The notes beneath the pieces were generated by a model, which was not told the DNA's origin, did not search any database, and was given only the letters and a program-made list of their open reading frames with translations. Made by a program: the position numbers and the translations under genes. From Squalus acanthias (lineage: Eukaryota): DNA of 64,000 nt. The stretch lies in the NCBI GenBank assembly GCA_030390025.1, contig JASTWF010000333.1, positions 248,001-312,000 on the forward strand. Reading direction: 5' to 3'. Positions within the stretch are counted from its first letter, which is position 1. Each line of letters opens with the position of its first letter. Positions 23,419 to 37,155 of the stretch are shown here, piece by piece.

Positions 23419-24282
23419 GGAGGAAAAATTCAGTTGGTTGTGCCTCCCATTAGCACCTTAAGAGGGCCCGGGCGCGGTGATATTTGCGCTGCTCGCGAAA
23501 TTAACTAGACATTTTGCAGCGGCGCTAAACACTATCGCCACGATCTCCTGCGCCGGCAGATCGTGACGTCAGTTGAGTGCGCAACACCCCGGTAGCACCC
23601 TGGAGCGAATATTGAGTGGCGCCCCCTGCCTTACCGCCTGCCGCTAGCAACGACAGGTTGAGGGGAGCGTTTTGCAGTCAGGAAGGGACTGGAGGAGCGC
23701 TATTTAAAGGCGACCGCTTCCTGCCTTTTATTGTTGGTGACATTTTTGAACCACGCATTCTGAGAGAGAGAGAGAGACTTCTGGAGAGATTCAACGCTGT
23801 GTGAAGGAGTTTTGGGTACTGAGCAGCACTTTGCAGGTTCATTTTGATTTGCCATTCCTTGTATCGATTTAGAAGAGACTGTAGGGGCTGCACTCTGAGC
23901 TCTTTCCCTGGTACTCTCCATTGTTCTTTCCAGCAGATTTGATGTACAGGTCTCTCCAGGCTGAGATTCAAGGCTGCAATGAGCAGGATGTGGATGGAAA
24001 GCAAGATCAACCCTTCCCTTTAAGAACTGGCCGGCGCCATTGTGTCTGTGTTCCATTGCTGACTGACATCACATGAGCTGCGCCAGCGCTCTGAGGTAGC
24101 GCCTCGCTCCTCGGCCTTTGCGCCTTAAGACAGATGTGAAGCGCCTGATTTAGCGCTCCAATCACCTCCAGGGGCGATAAAAGTCAAGTTTGCAGTCGGA
24201 GGCGATAATTAGCGCCAGGCGCTAATCTTTGTGCCCGGCCGATGATTGCGCCCCAAATGGGGCGATACTGAATTTTTCCCCC
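23419..24282 (-). mobile_element. Second copy of the Harbinger MITE at 1732-2625, inverted
   Basis: Highly similar reverse complement; TIRs ggaggaaaaattcag / ctgaatttttccccc; TSD ATG. Confidence 0.92.
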
Positions 24283-25293
24283 ATGTTGTCTTTTGCTTGT
24301 TAAGTGTTATTTGTCATTTAATTGTTGGTGTGTGACTCAGTTGGATTCATGGGTTTCTTGCAAAGGAAGTACAAATAGTTTTAACTTACCTGCCTTTCTC
24401 GTGTGATTCTTGTTTCCCAGTTTCATTTTCTTACATTGTATCATTGACCAGCTCATAAGCAGTTTGAAACCCAAATCTCCTGAGCTAATCCATGGAGGTT
24501 ATAAAGATGATGATCAGTGTGTTACTGTAGTTGGTTCCCGTGCCGCATTTATTATGCTCGCTTGCAGCCCATTGCTCCTCCAAAGTTGGCAGCAAACCAG
24601 TAATGAAAATGAGGCAGTGAATACCAATGGCTCCAGTTGCAGTAGCACCTCAATGACAACATAAGTCCAAAATAGCTTGATTTTGAGGCAGGAGCAGTCG
24701 TTTCTTTGGCTGCTGTTGAGCTGAACAGTTGAAACGCTCATGTAAGCTAGTGCAGTGGTTTTGATGTTGTGGCCTGCATGGTCTGTCCCACATTGTCATT
24801 GTTTCTGACATTGAAAAAGCTTACTTCCACTTGAGAGGTTGTTTCGGTGTGGATCTGACAGCTGTAGAAACCACTGCACTGTTTAAAGAGCACGTGCAGG
24901 CAGGATTGTAAAACCACCAGTCAGTAATATAGATGCAGCATTGGTCACCTATGCAATTTTTGTCAAAATCAATGTGGGAAATGTTTTTACCGAAATTCAG
25001 CTGCAGACTGGAAAACATATAAGACTTACTCCCCAACCCAACAAAATTAAATGTCAATGTGGCTGATGAGGATTCAAGGTAGTGAAGGTTCTCTCTTTCC
25101 TTCTAGAGAAATAAATTATTTTTCATTTATTTAATATATGTCACCCATAGCTTTAATACAAAGAGGCCAGTGAAGACAAATGGAAGGTCGTCAGTCGCTT
25201 CTGAGATTTCAGTCCCTGCCATTTTTAAATACAAACGCTGAAAATGATTTGTTTTAAGGGTGGGGCACAGTAGTTGAGCGTATTGGCCAGTCT

Positions 25294-25962
25294 GGAGCCA
25301 AAATTCCTAGGCCGCAACAGTGCCCCTGTGGAATGAGTCGAGTGCAGGAGGCCTGACCAAAGCAGGATTTCCAGCGGGACCCTGGAACGCTAGGTCTCTA
25401 CTCAGAATCCCGCTCGCATTACATTTGCGCAGGGACCTGGATTGGGCAGAATTTCTTTCCACCCCAAGCATGGCCCCTAATGTCAGAGAGGGTGGGGCCG
25501 AGGGGGGGGGGTGGCGGAGAGGAGGGAATCCTCACGCTGGAAATGTCCTTGGCCTCAACCTCTTTACTGGCCAGTGATCTTGACGCCCAGCATTAAGGAC
25601 CTTTGAGCAGTAGTAATGGGGTTTCTCTGGGGGAGGTTCAGGTCAGCGTCCAGGTCTGGGCCTCCTTATCAGAAAGCTGACAACATAATTAATATTGCCC
25701 TCTTTATAAAGGGGACTAATTAGGCACAGAACTAAAAAGTTTACGAACTTGTGGTGTCAGCTGGCCTGTAGGTAACTTGCCAGCTCTGCTTTTCCTGTGC
25801 CCCTTCATCTGATAGGTACCCAAGATGCACTCACATCAGCCCACTGATGCTACTTAAATCAGCTGACCCCACCTTGACCCCAGTGACTCCAGTGGGGTCA
25901 GAAGCAGAGGTCACTGCCGCCCACTCCACCATATTTCCGCCGGACTGAGGATTTTCAGCCCC
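25294..25962. mobile_element. Degraded Harbinger-type MITE
   Basis: Ends ggagccaaaattcc / ggattttcagcccc; GC-rich interior like the other MITEs. Confidence 0.45.
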
Positions 25963-27074
25963 GCTGTGTCTTGGGGATGCATCGATGATTCTCCACATTC
26001 TGGGAATGAGAGAAAATTGGAGCACTACTTTTTCATTTCCTTTGTCTTCTATGGAAATGACAATTGGGCCAGATGTATCATGTGTGGCTGACTCGATATC
26101 GGCCAAAGTCAAAATTAACCCCAGATACTTTACATTCAACCAAAATAACAAGACTGTTTTGAAATCTTTAGAGTCCCTTTAGTTGAATCTTGGATGTATG
26201 TAACATCGGCACTTTAGCTCCATGGAGTTCCATCTCACCAATACGACATGAAAATGTGGATGGGCTGAGTGAACTGAAAAACAGGAAAATCTAACAGCAA
26301 CTGTACCCCTCTAGGCAGCGCATCACACGTCAGATGAAAGGAGACCTTTCACAACAAGTAAGTGCCTTGGAAGAAAAACCAAACCCTTTCTCAATAGACC
26401 AGTGATATCACCCAGGTGGATGGGAGGAATGAGGCACCTCCTCTACCTCCTGATGAGTTGTTGGCTCATTCAAACTTGAAACAAATCCTATTGGAATTGT
26501 CTGGCATGGCACCTGCTTTATTTAACCAGTGTCCAAGGACAAAGGAAATCCTCAAGACCATTTCATTTTAAAATCCCAGTCCATTGATCTGGCTACAATT
26601 TCACATGAAAGAAATATGATGTAGAAGAATTTTATAACATGATGATGCACTGACATTAAATTGCCAGCAGTAATTTCTAGGCTAATATTAGAGATGGCTA
26701 TCAAAATAGTTTAGAAGAAACTAAGGACTGCAGTAAATCTGATTTTTCGAAGATGGTAATGCAATATAATTTTTAAGTCTTTAAAGAGGTTGACAGCTTG
26801 TCAGAATGTACAGTTTGAGTGAGTGGGTAGAGCAGAAGGAAGTTACAAAAATGAACCATTATTGTCTGATGGATTATTTATTGGGTTTATCCTTTCTATC
26901 ATAATGACCAATCAATCCCACCTCTGTAACATTATCCGCATCCCTTCCCATTCCCACTTCTCAGCCCCTTTTGCAGCTCAGGATGTGACTAGTTGTGTCT
27001 CCTGGGGCTCAGTAGTGGGGCTTCAGCTTTTCACTATATTTACAAATGACTAAGATGAAGGAATAGAGAGCCAT

Positions 27075-27919
27075 GGGGGCGATTTTGCCAGCCCTGGGGA
27101 GGCGGGTAAGGAGGCGGGACTGCCGGGAAAATGGCAGAATCTGGGGGCGGGTACCCATCCCGCCCCCAGCCCGCCTCCGTGCCATCGTCCCAGGAGGCGA
27201 GTACCCGACCCGCGCTGGGAGCTGCCTCCCCGAGGCGGGAAGGGGATTAGTGCCAATTAACTGCCTGTTAACAGGTAGTTAATAGGCAGTTTTTTTGAGA
27301 ATCCCTATTTTCAGCCCTGAAGTGTGGGCTTCCCGATGGCTCCGAACCATGCCAGGGTCAGCGAGGCGGGCTGTCGGTCTGCGGGGGTCGGAGGGGTTGA
27401 GATGTCCGGCGTGCAGATGAGTGATGGGTGCAAGTGCGGAGAGGTGAGTGTGTGAGGTGAGTGTAAAGTGTTTTAATAAGTTTTACTTACCTTTACTTCT
27501 TCCTGCAAGCTTCATCCCTTCAGTTCTCGGAGTCCCTCATCTCACTGGCACAGAAAGCAGAATGGCCACTGAACTGTCAAAAGCTGCAGCCTTCTGCTTT
27601 CTGCTCAGGAGAGCTCTCTAACTGAGTCTGAGTGGAAGGACTCAAGTTAGAGGACAGATTGTCAGTGTTTGACAGCTTCACAGAGCCGTCAAATGCTGAC
27701 ATTTCATCTGTCAAAAGCTCTTGACAGATGAAACGTCACTCGCTGACGTCACCTGTAACCGGCTTTCCCTTAATCGGCCTGCTAAGCCCGCTGGGTGGGC
27801 TTAACAAGGTCAATCAAAGGAAAATAACATGGGTTGGCCACAAGTCGATGGAGGCGGGACTAAAACTCGACAAGTGGGAGTCCCGCCTCCAAAAGCTCCC
27901 CATTGAGAAAATCCGGCCC
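27075..27919 (+). mobile_element. Harbinger-type MITE
   Basis: Ends gggggcgatttt / aaaatccggccc with subterminal ggaggcgggac / gtcccgcctcc; interrupts CR1 at gagagccat|atcc; TSD register ambiguous. Confidence 0.82.
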
Positions 27920-28325
27920 ATATCCAAGTTTGCTGACAACACCAAGTTAGGTGGCACAGTAAATAGTGTAGATGGGAGCAGAAAGTTGCAAAGGGACATT
28001 GATAGGCTAACTGAGTGGCTGCCATCAGCAATAGTCAGATCTGAACCACAAATAGGCAATTGAAGTTCAATGTGGGGAAATGTGTGGCCATCCACTTTGG
28101 ACCTAAGAAAGATAGTTCAGAGCATTTTCTAAATGGTGAGAAGCTAGGAACTGTGGACGAGCAGAGAGATTTAGGGGTTCAAGTACAGAAATCACGAAAA
28201 ACTAGTGGACAGGTACAAAAAATAATTTAAAAGGCTGTTGGCCTTTATCTCAAGGGGGCTGGAATACAAAGGGGTAGAAGTTATGTTACAGTTATATAAA
28301 GGTCTGGTTGGTCCACATCTGGAGT

Positions 28326-28663
28326 ACTGCGTTCAGTTCTGGGGCACTGTGTTCAGTTCTGGAGCACTGTGTTCAGTTCTGGGGCACTGTGTTCAGTTCT
28401 GGAGCACTGTGTTCAGTTCTGGAGCACTGTGTTCAGTTCTGGGGCACTGTGTTCAGTTCTGGGGCACTGTGTTCAGTTCTGGGGCACTGTGTTCAGTTCT
28501 GGAGCACTGTGTTCAGTTCTGGGGCACTGTGTTCAGTTCTGGAGCACTGTGTTCAGTTCTGGAGCACTGTGTTCAGTTCTGGGGCACTGTGTTCAGTTCT
28601 GGAGCACTGTGTTCAGTTCTGGGGCACTGTGTTCAGTTCTGGGGCACTGTGTTCAGTTCTGGG
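28326..28663 (+). repeat. 20-bp minisatellite, about 17 copies of actgtgttcagttctgg(g/a)gc
   Basis: Directly visible; unit is CR1 sequence encoding CVQFW. Confidence 0.97.
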
Positions 28664-29637
28664 TGCCGCACCTCAGGAAGGATATGTTGGCCTTGGAAGG
28701 TGTGCAGCACAGATTCACCAGAATGATACTGGGGCTAAATGGGTTCAAATATGAGGACAGTTTACATAGACTAAGCTTGTATTCCCTTGAGTATAGAAAA
28801 TTAAGGGGGATTTTAATTGAGATGTTTAAGATGATTAAAGGATTTGATGGGGTAGATAGAGAGAAACAATTTCCTCTGGTGGGGGAGTCCAGAACAAGTG
28901 GAAACACCTTCTCTTCAATTGCCCAATAATCCAGACCCTCGCTGTTTTTATAGGGATCTATCTGTCCATTTGCTGGTGGTTCCTGTCATTTCATTGTTTG
29001 CCTGATTTGTGGTTCAGATCTGACTATTGCTGATGGCAGACACTTTGGGTGAATTTCCACCTGCTGTGATACCATGAGGTTTCGATTCTGAGGCAATGAA
29101 TGGGAACAGTGGGGCTGTGGGCAGTGCAACCCCTTCCTGATGTAACTGGCCGCAACTTCATGGTTCCACATGGTGAGGCACAAAAATGAGGCAAGTGGGA
29201 ACACCAGCAAGTGTAGAGATACCTCTTCCCATTGCACAACGATATTGTAATTATACTGTCCAAATATTATTAGTGTGGGAACAAGCACCGCCTTAGTGAA
29301 TAATTCCTTTGTCCAGTTCAGCAGGCGCATTTTATGTTTTTTTTAAATTGTTTTGCCAGAGACTTTTCCTAGCCCGGGATGTTGGGAAAGTGACTTGCTC
29401 CCAGCCCTCAGCCAATATTGCTCTCCGTTGGGCAGTTGTGTTGGGAATCAGAACAGCCCCAGGCACCCTCCCACTCTGACCCTCCCCTCCATCTCTTGCT
29501 TGTGGGGAAGTGTTTATTTTCCGCTTGGCCTGGAACAGAAATATTTCATGAGATTGGAATTGAAGTGGGACAAACTGCACTGTGAATATGAAGGAGGAGT
29601 GACTGTTAGCGCACTGTCTCCCTGCCTCACTGAGAGA

Positions 29638-29930
29638 GGGGCCGCGATTTTGCCGACCGAGGCGGGTCCAGGGCGGCCGGGATCAGTGTCGCGGTCCCAG
29701 CCCGCTGCCTACTGCAGCCCGCACTCTCCGAGTGATTTTTCGTTGATTGGTCTTGTTAAGCCTGCCCTGCGAGGTTCCCGGCCAATTAAAAAGAAGCGGG
29801 TCTGATGACGTCATTTGATGACACATCATCAGCTGGTTTGCTTAAAGGGGGCATGTTCAAATTGATCTTGACAGTTCTGCTGTCAGTGATCTACAGCACT
29901 GAGGTGCTGCAAACACTGACAAGCACTGCA
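29638..29930 (+). mobile_element. Truncated Harbinger-type MITE end
   Basis: gggccgcgattttgcc start and cttgttaagcctgccc motif shared with the 27-kb MITE. Confidence 0.55.
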
Positions 29931-29934
29931 CAAA

Positions 29935-30337
29935 GGTTGTTCTCCTTAGAGCAGATAAGGTTAAGGGCTGATTTAATCGAGGTGTTCAAAATTATCAAGA
30001 ATTTTGATAAAGTAAATAAGGAGAAACTGTTTCCACTGGCAGATGGGTTAGTAACCAGGGGACACAGATTTAAGGTAATTGGCAAAAGAATCAGAGGGGA
30101 GATGAGGAGATTTTTTTTTACGCATTAACTTGTTATGATCTGGAATGCATTATCTGAAAGGATAGTGGAAGCAGATTCAATAGTAACTTTCACAAGGGAA
30201 TTGAATAAATACTTGAAGGGGAAATATTTGCAGGGCGATGGGAAAGACCAGGAAATTGGGGCTAATTGGATAGCTCTTTGAAAGAGCCAGCACAGGCACA
30301 ATAGCTCGAATGGCTGTATCATTCTATGAGTCTATCA
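29935..30337 (+). mobile_element. CR1 3' end
   Basis: LFSLEQIRLRADLIEVFKI; tail attctatgagtctat. Confidence 0.88.
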
Positions 30338-30825
30338 TGTAGTTAAGAAGAAATAGATAAGAAAAGAGCAGAGTGGTAATATTGATTAAGAAGGTTATAC
30401 ATGCTGTAGAAAGGGTTGATGTAGGAAATTAAGGGACAGACAAGGTCAATATGGTTCTAGATAAAAAAAAAAATTTTTTAAGTGATTGTTCCTTTAGTGG
30501 ATGTATTACAGTACTCCAGATTGTGAGGGGAATGGAAGAGGAGATCTGTAGACCCATCAGGAAGATGAGGAGGCATAACAGAATTATTGTTCTGGGAGAT
30601 TTTAATGACCAGTTCTAGATTGGACAGAGGGGAAGGAAACGGAGAAAAGGGAATGGAATTCTTAAAGCGTGTACAGGATTCCCTCCTCAAGTAGGATGTT
30701 AGTCAGCCTACAGGAAGAGGTGTTGCTGGACTTCGTTATGAGTAACAAAATAGATCAGATAGATGAGCTAAATGTGGGTGACTATATGGAGAGTAGTGAT
30801 TACAATATGAGAAGGTATAAGAAAA

Positions 30826-32400
30826 GAAAAAAGAAAGACTTGCATTTATATAGCACCTTTCACGACTACTGGACATCCCAAAGTGCTTTATAGCCAATGA
30901 AGTACTTTTTTGTTGAAGTGTAGTCACTGTTGTAATGTAGGAAATGCGGCAGCCAATTTGCGCACAGCAAGCTCCCACAAACAGCAATGTGATAATGACC
31001 AGATAATCTGTTTTTTGGTGATGTTGGTTGAGGGACGAATATTGGCCAGGACACCAGGGATAACTCCCCTGCTCTTCTTCAATCTTTTAGAATCATAGAA
31101 TGGTTACAGCACAGAAGGAGGCCATTCGGCCTGTCGAGCCCGTGCCAGCTCTCTGCAATAGCACTTCAGCTAGTCCCACTCCCCCGCCCTTTCCCCGTAG
31201 CCCTGCAATTTTTTTCCTTCAGGTACTTATCCAATTCCCTATTGAAAGCCACGATTGAATCTGCCTCCACCACCATCTCAGGCAGTGTATTCCAGATCAT
31301 AACCACTCACTGCGTAAAAAAGTTTTTCCTCATGTCACCTTTGGTTCTTCTGCCAATCACCTTAAATCTGTGTCCTCTGGTTCTCGACCCTTCTGCCAAT
31401 GGGAACAGTTTCTCTCCATCTACTCTGTCCAGACCCCTCATGATTTTGAACACCTCTATCAAATCTTCTCTCAACCTTCACTGCTCTAAGGAGAACAACC
31501 CCAGCTTCTCCAGTTTATCCACATAACTGAAGTCCCTCATCCCTGGAACCATTCTCGTAAATCTTTTCTGCACCCTCACTAAGGCCTTCACATCCTTCCT
31601 AAAGTGCGGTGCCTAGAATTGGACACAATACTCCAGTTGAGGACGGACCAGTGTTTTATAAAGGTTCATCATAACTTCCTTGCTTTTGTACTCTATGCCT
31701 CTATTTATGAGGCCCAGGATCCCGTATGCTTTTTTAACTGTTTTCTCAACCTTCAATGATTTGTGCACATATACCCCCAGGTCTCTCTGTTCATGCACCC
31801 GCTTTAGAATTGTGCCCTTTAGTTTATATTGCCTCTCCTCATTCTTCCTACAAAAATGCATCACTTCGCACTTTTCTGCGTTAAATTTCATCTGCCACGT
31901 GTCCGCCCATTCCACCAGCCTGTCTATGTCTTCTTGAAGTTTATCACTATCCTCCTCACTGTTCACTATACTTCCAAGTTTTGTGTTATCTGCAAATTTT
32001 GAAATTGTGCCCTGTAAACCCAAGTCCAAGTCATTAATATATATCAAGAAATACAGTGATCCTCGTACCGAGCCGTGGGCAACACCACTGTTGACCCGCC
32101 TCCAGTCCGAAAAACAACAGTTCACCACTACTCTCTATTTCCTGACACTTAGCCAATTTCATATCCATGCTGTCACGGTCTCTTTTGTTCCATGGGCTTC
32201 AACTTTTACATCTACCTGAGAGAGAAGATGGGGCCTCGGTTTAACGTCTTATCCGAAAGACAGCACCTCTGACAGTGCAGCACTCCCTCAGTACGGCACT
32301 GGAGTGTCAGCCTAGATTTTTGTGTTTAAGTCTCTGGAGTGGGAACCCACATCCTTCTGACTCAGAGGTACGAGTGCTACCAACTAAGCCACAGTTGACA
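30826..32400 (-). mobile_element. Deu-domain tRNA-derived SINE (SacSINE1/AmnSINE1-like), split by a CR1
   Basis: Minus-strand head with A box TGGCTTAGTTGG near 32385; gggagtgctgcactgtcagaggtgctgtctttcggataagacgttaaaccgaggcccc Deu core; L2-like tail at 30826-30900. Confidence 0.85.
31087..32207 (-). mobile_element. CR1 3' portion inserted in the SINE
   Basis: ORF 31613-32128 with RT motifs; tail at 31087. Confidence 0.93.
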
Positions 32401-34662
32401 CAACTCGAAGATCCAATTAGAAAGCACCAAAACTAGAACACCCGATTGGATTAGGGCAAATTTTAGAAAGATGAGGAGTGAGCTAGCTGAGGTGAGGTGG
32501 AAGGAGAAATTGAAATACAGAACTGTCGAGTAACAGTGTGATGTTTTTAAAAACAGGGGAGAGAAGAGGATTGTCAATTTGTAGATCAGTAAATGGCAGA
32601 GATATATAATAAATATTTCACATCAGTCTTTACTAACGAGAAGGGTATCGGAGAGGAGGTAAATCCTAAAGGGGTTGAGAGTGAGATGAGTGATATTGTG
32701 ATGGATAAAATGAAAATTTTAGATAAGTTAGTTAATCTAAAGGAAGACAAAACACCAGGTCCTGAAGGGATCCTGGGAGTGACAAGGGGGCAAATTGCTG
32801 AGGCCCTGGAAATGATATTTCAGCCTCTCTTGAGAGTGGGTGTGTGCCGGAGGAATGGAGGGTGGAGTAGCCATTGTTTTAAAAGATAGACAGAGCTAAC
32901 ACAGGCAATACAGACCAGTTCATGTAACATCTGGGGTCGGAACATTTTAGAGTCTTTAATTAAGGATGAAATTGCCACATAGCTTAGATAAGAAAAAATA
33001 GTTAGAAGTAGCCAGCACGGATTTCAAAAGGGACGATTGTTCTTGTCAAACCTCACTGCTATTTTGAGGGGTTAACAGACATGGTGGATGTGGGAAATGC
33101 AGTGTATGTGATGTACATGGACTTTAGGAAATCCTTTAGAAATGTCCCACATAGGAGAAGAATAATGGGTATGGAAATAGGGGCAGGAGAGCAAACCAGA
33201 TTCAAAACTGGTTAGAAGGGAGGAAACAGAGAGCAGGAGTTAAGGGCAGTTTCTCAGAGTGGTTGGAAGTGGGTAGTGGTGTCCCACAGGATTCTGTTCT
33301 GGGACCACTTCTGTTCACCATGTATATCAATGGTTTGGACATAGGTCTGGAGGGGCTGTTGTTGAAATTGGCAGATATTGCCAAAATAGGAGGTATAGTT
33401 AATTCTTTAGAAGACCAAAGGAAGCTAACTTATTTTTTTGTCAGATTGCACATCTGTGAAACACCTTCAGACTTTTTTCTATGTTAAAGGCACTATATAA
33501 ATGTAAGTTGTTGTTGTTGCAAAGAGTTATAGATAAGTTGGAGCAATGGACTAAAATGTGTCAGATAGAATTCAATGTCAATAAGTGTGAGGTGATACAA
33601 TTTGGTAAAAAATAACGGCAGTAATTATACTGTGAATGGAAGGAGGCTCAGTGCTGTGGTAGAGCAGAGGGATTGGGGGGGACATTAAAGGCAGAAACTC
33701 CGAGTGATAAGGCTGTAAAAAAAGCGACTGGAATTCTAGATGTTATCATGTGGTGTAGAATATAAAAGCAAGAGGTAATAATGAAACCTTCATAAGACCC
33801 CAGCTGGAGTACGATGTGCAGTATTGAGCTCCACACTATAGGAGGGATATTAAGGCTTTTGAGAGGCTCAATGTAGATTAAGGAGGATGCTGCCTGGTAT
33901 GAGGAAATACAAATACGAAGGAAGACTTGAAAAGTTGGGCCTTTTTCTTTTAGAACAACACATATTCCAGGGTGATATGATCAAAATGTTTAAAATTATG
34001 AAAGGATGGGATGGGGTAGATAGAAGCAGGCTGTTTCTAGTGGTTGAGGGGTCAAGAACAAGGGACCATTGATGTGAGAGATAGTGGGAGCTAAATTGGA
34101 CAGGGCTCAAAATCAGGTACGGGGATCACGATGCGGGATTAACCTGCGTCCTTTGCTTCCGATGCAGGCAGCACGCCAACTTGGTGCTGCCTGCTAATTT
34201 ACATGATTACAGTGTGCAGCCAATGCTAAGCTTCCAGCTGAGTGGCTGCACGCCTGAGGCCTTGGTGGAGGAGCAATGTGCTCTATCCACAGAGGGCCAG
34301 GAGGCCCTCCAGACAAACTTTGCGAAGGCAATGGGACCAGATAGCCGTGGTGGTCAATGCCAGGAGTCAAGCCCCGAGGACCTGGGTGCAGTGCTGCAAA
34401 AAGTTCAATGACCTCACATGAGTTGTCAAGGTCAGTGATTGTATCTTCAAATATCATCTCCCACCAACTGCACCATTAGTCTCACAAACTGCTCAATGTA
34501 CCACAACCGTATCACCCACCTCCCAACAATCTCTAGCAATTACGACTCATACCTAAGATTCATAGCTTCACCCCCACCTTCACACACTTAGCACTGCTGC
34601 AAGCCTCACACCAACATCACACCTTGCACACACTGCCAGATATTCAACCATGACAGCCACAT

Positions 34663-37155
34663 CACCCAAACACATTGCACCACACTCACTGACACACTTC
34701 ACCCAAACACATTGCACCAGACTCACTGACACACACTTCACCCAATCACATTGCACCACACTCATTGACACACACTTCACCCAAACACATTGCACCACAC
34801 TCACTGACACACTTCACCCAATCACATTGCACCACACTCACTGACACACTTCACCCAATCACATTGCACCACACTCACTGACACACATCACCCAAACACA
34901 TTGCACCACACTCACTGACACACTTCACCCAATCACATTGCACCACACTCACTGACACACTTCACCCAAACACATTGCACCACACTCACTGACACACTTC
35001 ACCCAAACACATTGCACCACACTCACTGACACACTTCACCCAATCACATTGCACCACACTCACTGACACACTTCACCCAAACACATTGCACCACACTCAG
35101 ACACACTTCACCCAAACACATTGCACCACACTCACTGACACACTTCACCCAAACACATTGCACCACACTCACTGACACACTTCACCCAAACACATTGCAC
35201 CACACTCACTGACACACTTCACCCAAACACATTGCTCCACACTCACTGACACACTTCACCCAAACACATTGCACCACACTCACTGACACACTTCATCCAA
35301 ACACATTGCACCACACTCACTGACACACTTCACCCAAACACATTGCACCACACTCACTGACACACTTCACCCAAACACATTGCACCACACTCACTGACAC
35401 ACTTCACCCAAACACATTGCACCACACTCACTGACACACTTCACCCAAACACATTGCACCACACTCACTGACACACACTTCACCCAAACACATTGCACCA
35501 GACTCACTGACACACACTTCACCCAATCACATTGCACCACACTCATTGACACACACTTCACCCAAACACATTGCACCACACTCACTGACACACTTCACCC
35601 AATCACATTGCACCACACTCACTGACACACTTCACCCAATCACATTGCACCACACTCACTGACACACATCACCCAAACACATTGCACCACACTCACTGCC
35701 ACACTTCACCCAATCACATTGCACCACACTCACTGACACACTTCACCCAAACACATTGCACCACACTCACTGACACACTTCACCCAAACACATTGCACCA
35801 CACTCACTGACACACTTCACCCAATCACATTGCACCACACTCACTGACACACTTCACCCAAACACATTGCTCCACACTCACTGACACACTTCACCCAAAC
35901 ACATTGCACCACACTCACTGACACACTTCACCCAAACACATTGCACCACACTCACTGACACACTTCACCCAAACACATTGCACCACACTCACTGACACAC
36001 TTCACCCAAACACATTGCACCACACTCACTGACACACTTCACCCAAACACATTGCACCACACTCACTGACACACTTCACCCAAACACATTGCACCACACT
36101 CACTGACACACTTCACCCAAACACATTGCACCACACTCACTGACATATTTCACCCAAACACATTGCACCACACTCAGACACACTTCACCCAAACACATTG
36201 CACCACACTCACTGACACACTTCACCCAAACACATTGCACCACACTCACTGACACACTTCTGCCACCACACTCACTGACACAACATCACCCAAATACATT
36301 GCACCACACTCACTGACACACTTCACCCAAACAGCATTGCACCACACTCACTGACACCCACCATCACCCAAACATATTGCACCACACTCACTGACACACT
36401 TCCACCCAACACACATTGCACCACACTCACTGACACACTTCACCCAAACACATTGCACCCACACTCACTGACACACATATCACCCAAACACATTGCACCA
36501 CACTCTCTGACACACTTCACCAACAACATTGCACCACACTCACTGACACACTTCACCCAAACACATTGCACACACTCACTGACACACACATCACCCAAAC
36601 ACATTGCACCACACTCACTGACACACACATCACCCAAACACATTGCACCACACTCACTGACACACACATCACCCAAACACATTGCACCACACTCACTGAC
36701 ACACTTCACCCAAACACATTGCACCACACTCACTGACACACATCACCCAAACACATTGCACCACACTCACTGACAAACAGCACCCAAACACATTGCACCA
36801 CACTCACTGACACACACTTCACCCAAACACATTGCACCACACTCACTGACACACTTCACCCAAACACATTGCACCACACTCACTGACACACATCACCCAA
36901 ACACATTGCACCACACTCACTGACACACATCACCCAAACACATTGCACCACACTCACTGACACACTTCACCCAAACACATTGCACCACACTCACTGACAC
37001 ACTTCACCCAAACACATTGCACCACACTCACTGACACACTTCACCCAAACACATTGCACCACACTCACTGATACACACATCACCCAAACATATTGCACCA
37101 CACTCACTGACACACTTCACCCAAACACATTGCACCACACTCACTGACACACTTC
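34663..37155 (+). repeat. 37-bp minisatellite, about 67 copies of cacccaaacacattgcaccacactcactgacacactt
   Basis: Directly visible; lies in Myb intron 1 just before the ctcttgcag acceptor. Confidence 0.97.

Larger units (their letters stand above)
26985..28905 (+). mobile_element. CR1 fragment carrying a MITE, a templated patch and a minisatellite
   Basis: GSVVGLQLFTIF, KFADNTKLGG, GLEYKG, HLEYCVQFW motifs; no 3' tail. Confidence 0.88.
30520..34070 (+). mobile_element. Old CR1 (endonuclease to C terminus), split by a SINE and a younger CR1
   Basis: YRP, GDFN and LLDFVMSN remnants at 30.5-30.8 kb; resumes near 32430 with DKTPGPEG, GVPQDSVLGP, LEKLGLF. Confidence 0.75.

Noticed and set aside
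28238..28929. Cys-rich repeat protein ORFs
   Set aside because: 20-bp minisatellite inside a CR1
34663..37155. CRISPR-like 37-bp periodicity
   Set aside because: Head-to-tail units with no unique spacers, no cas genes, eukaryotic context
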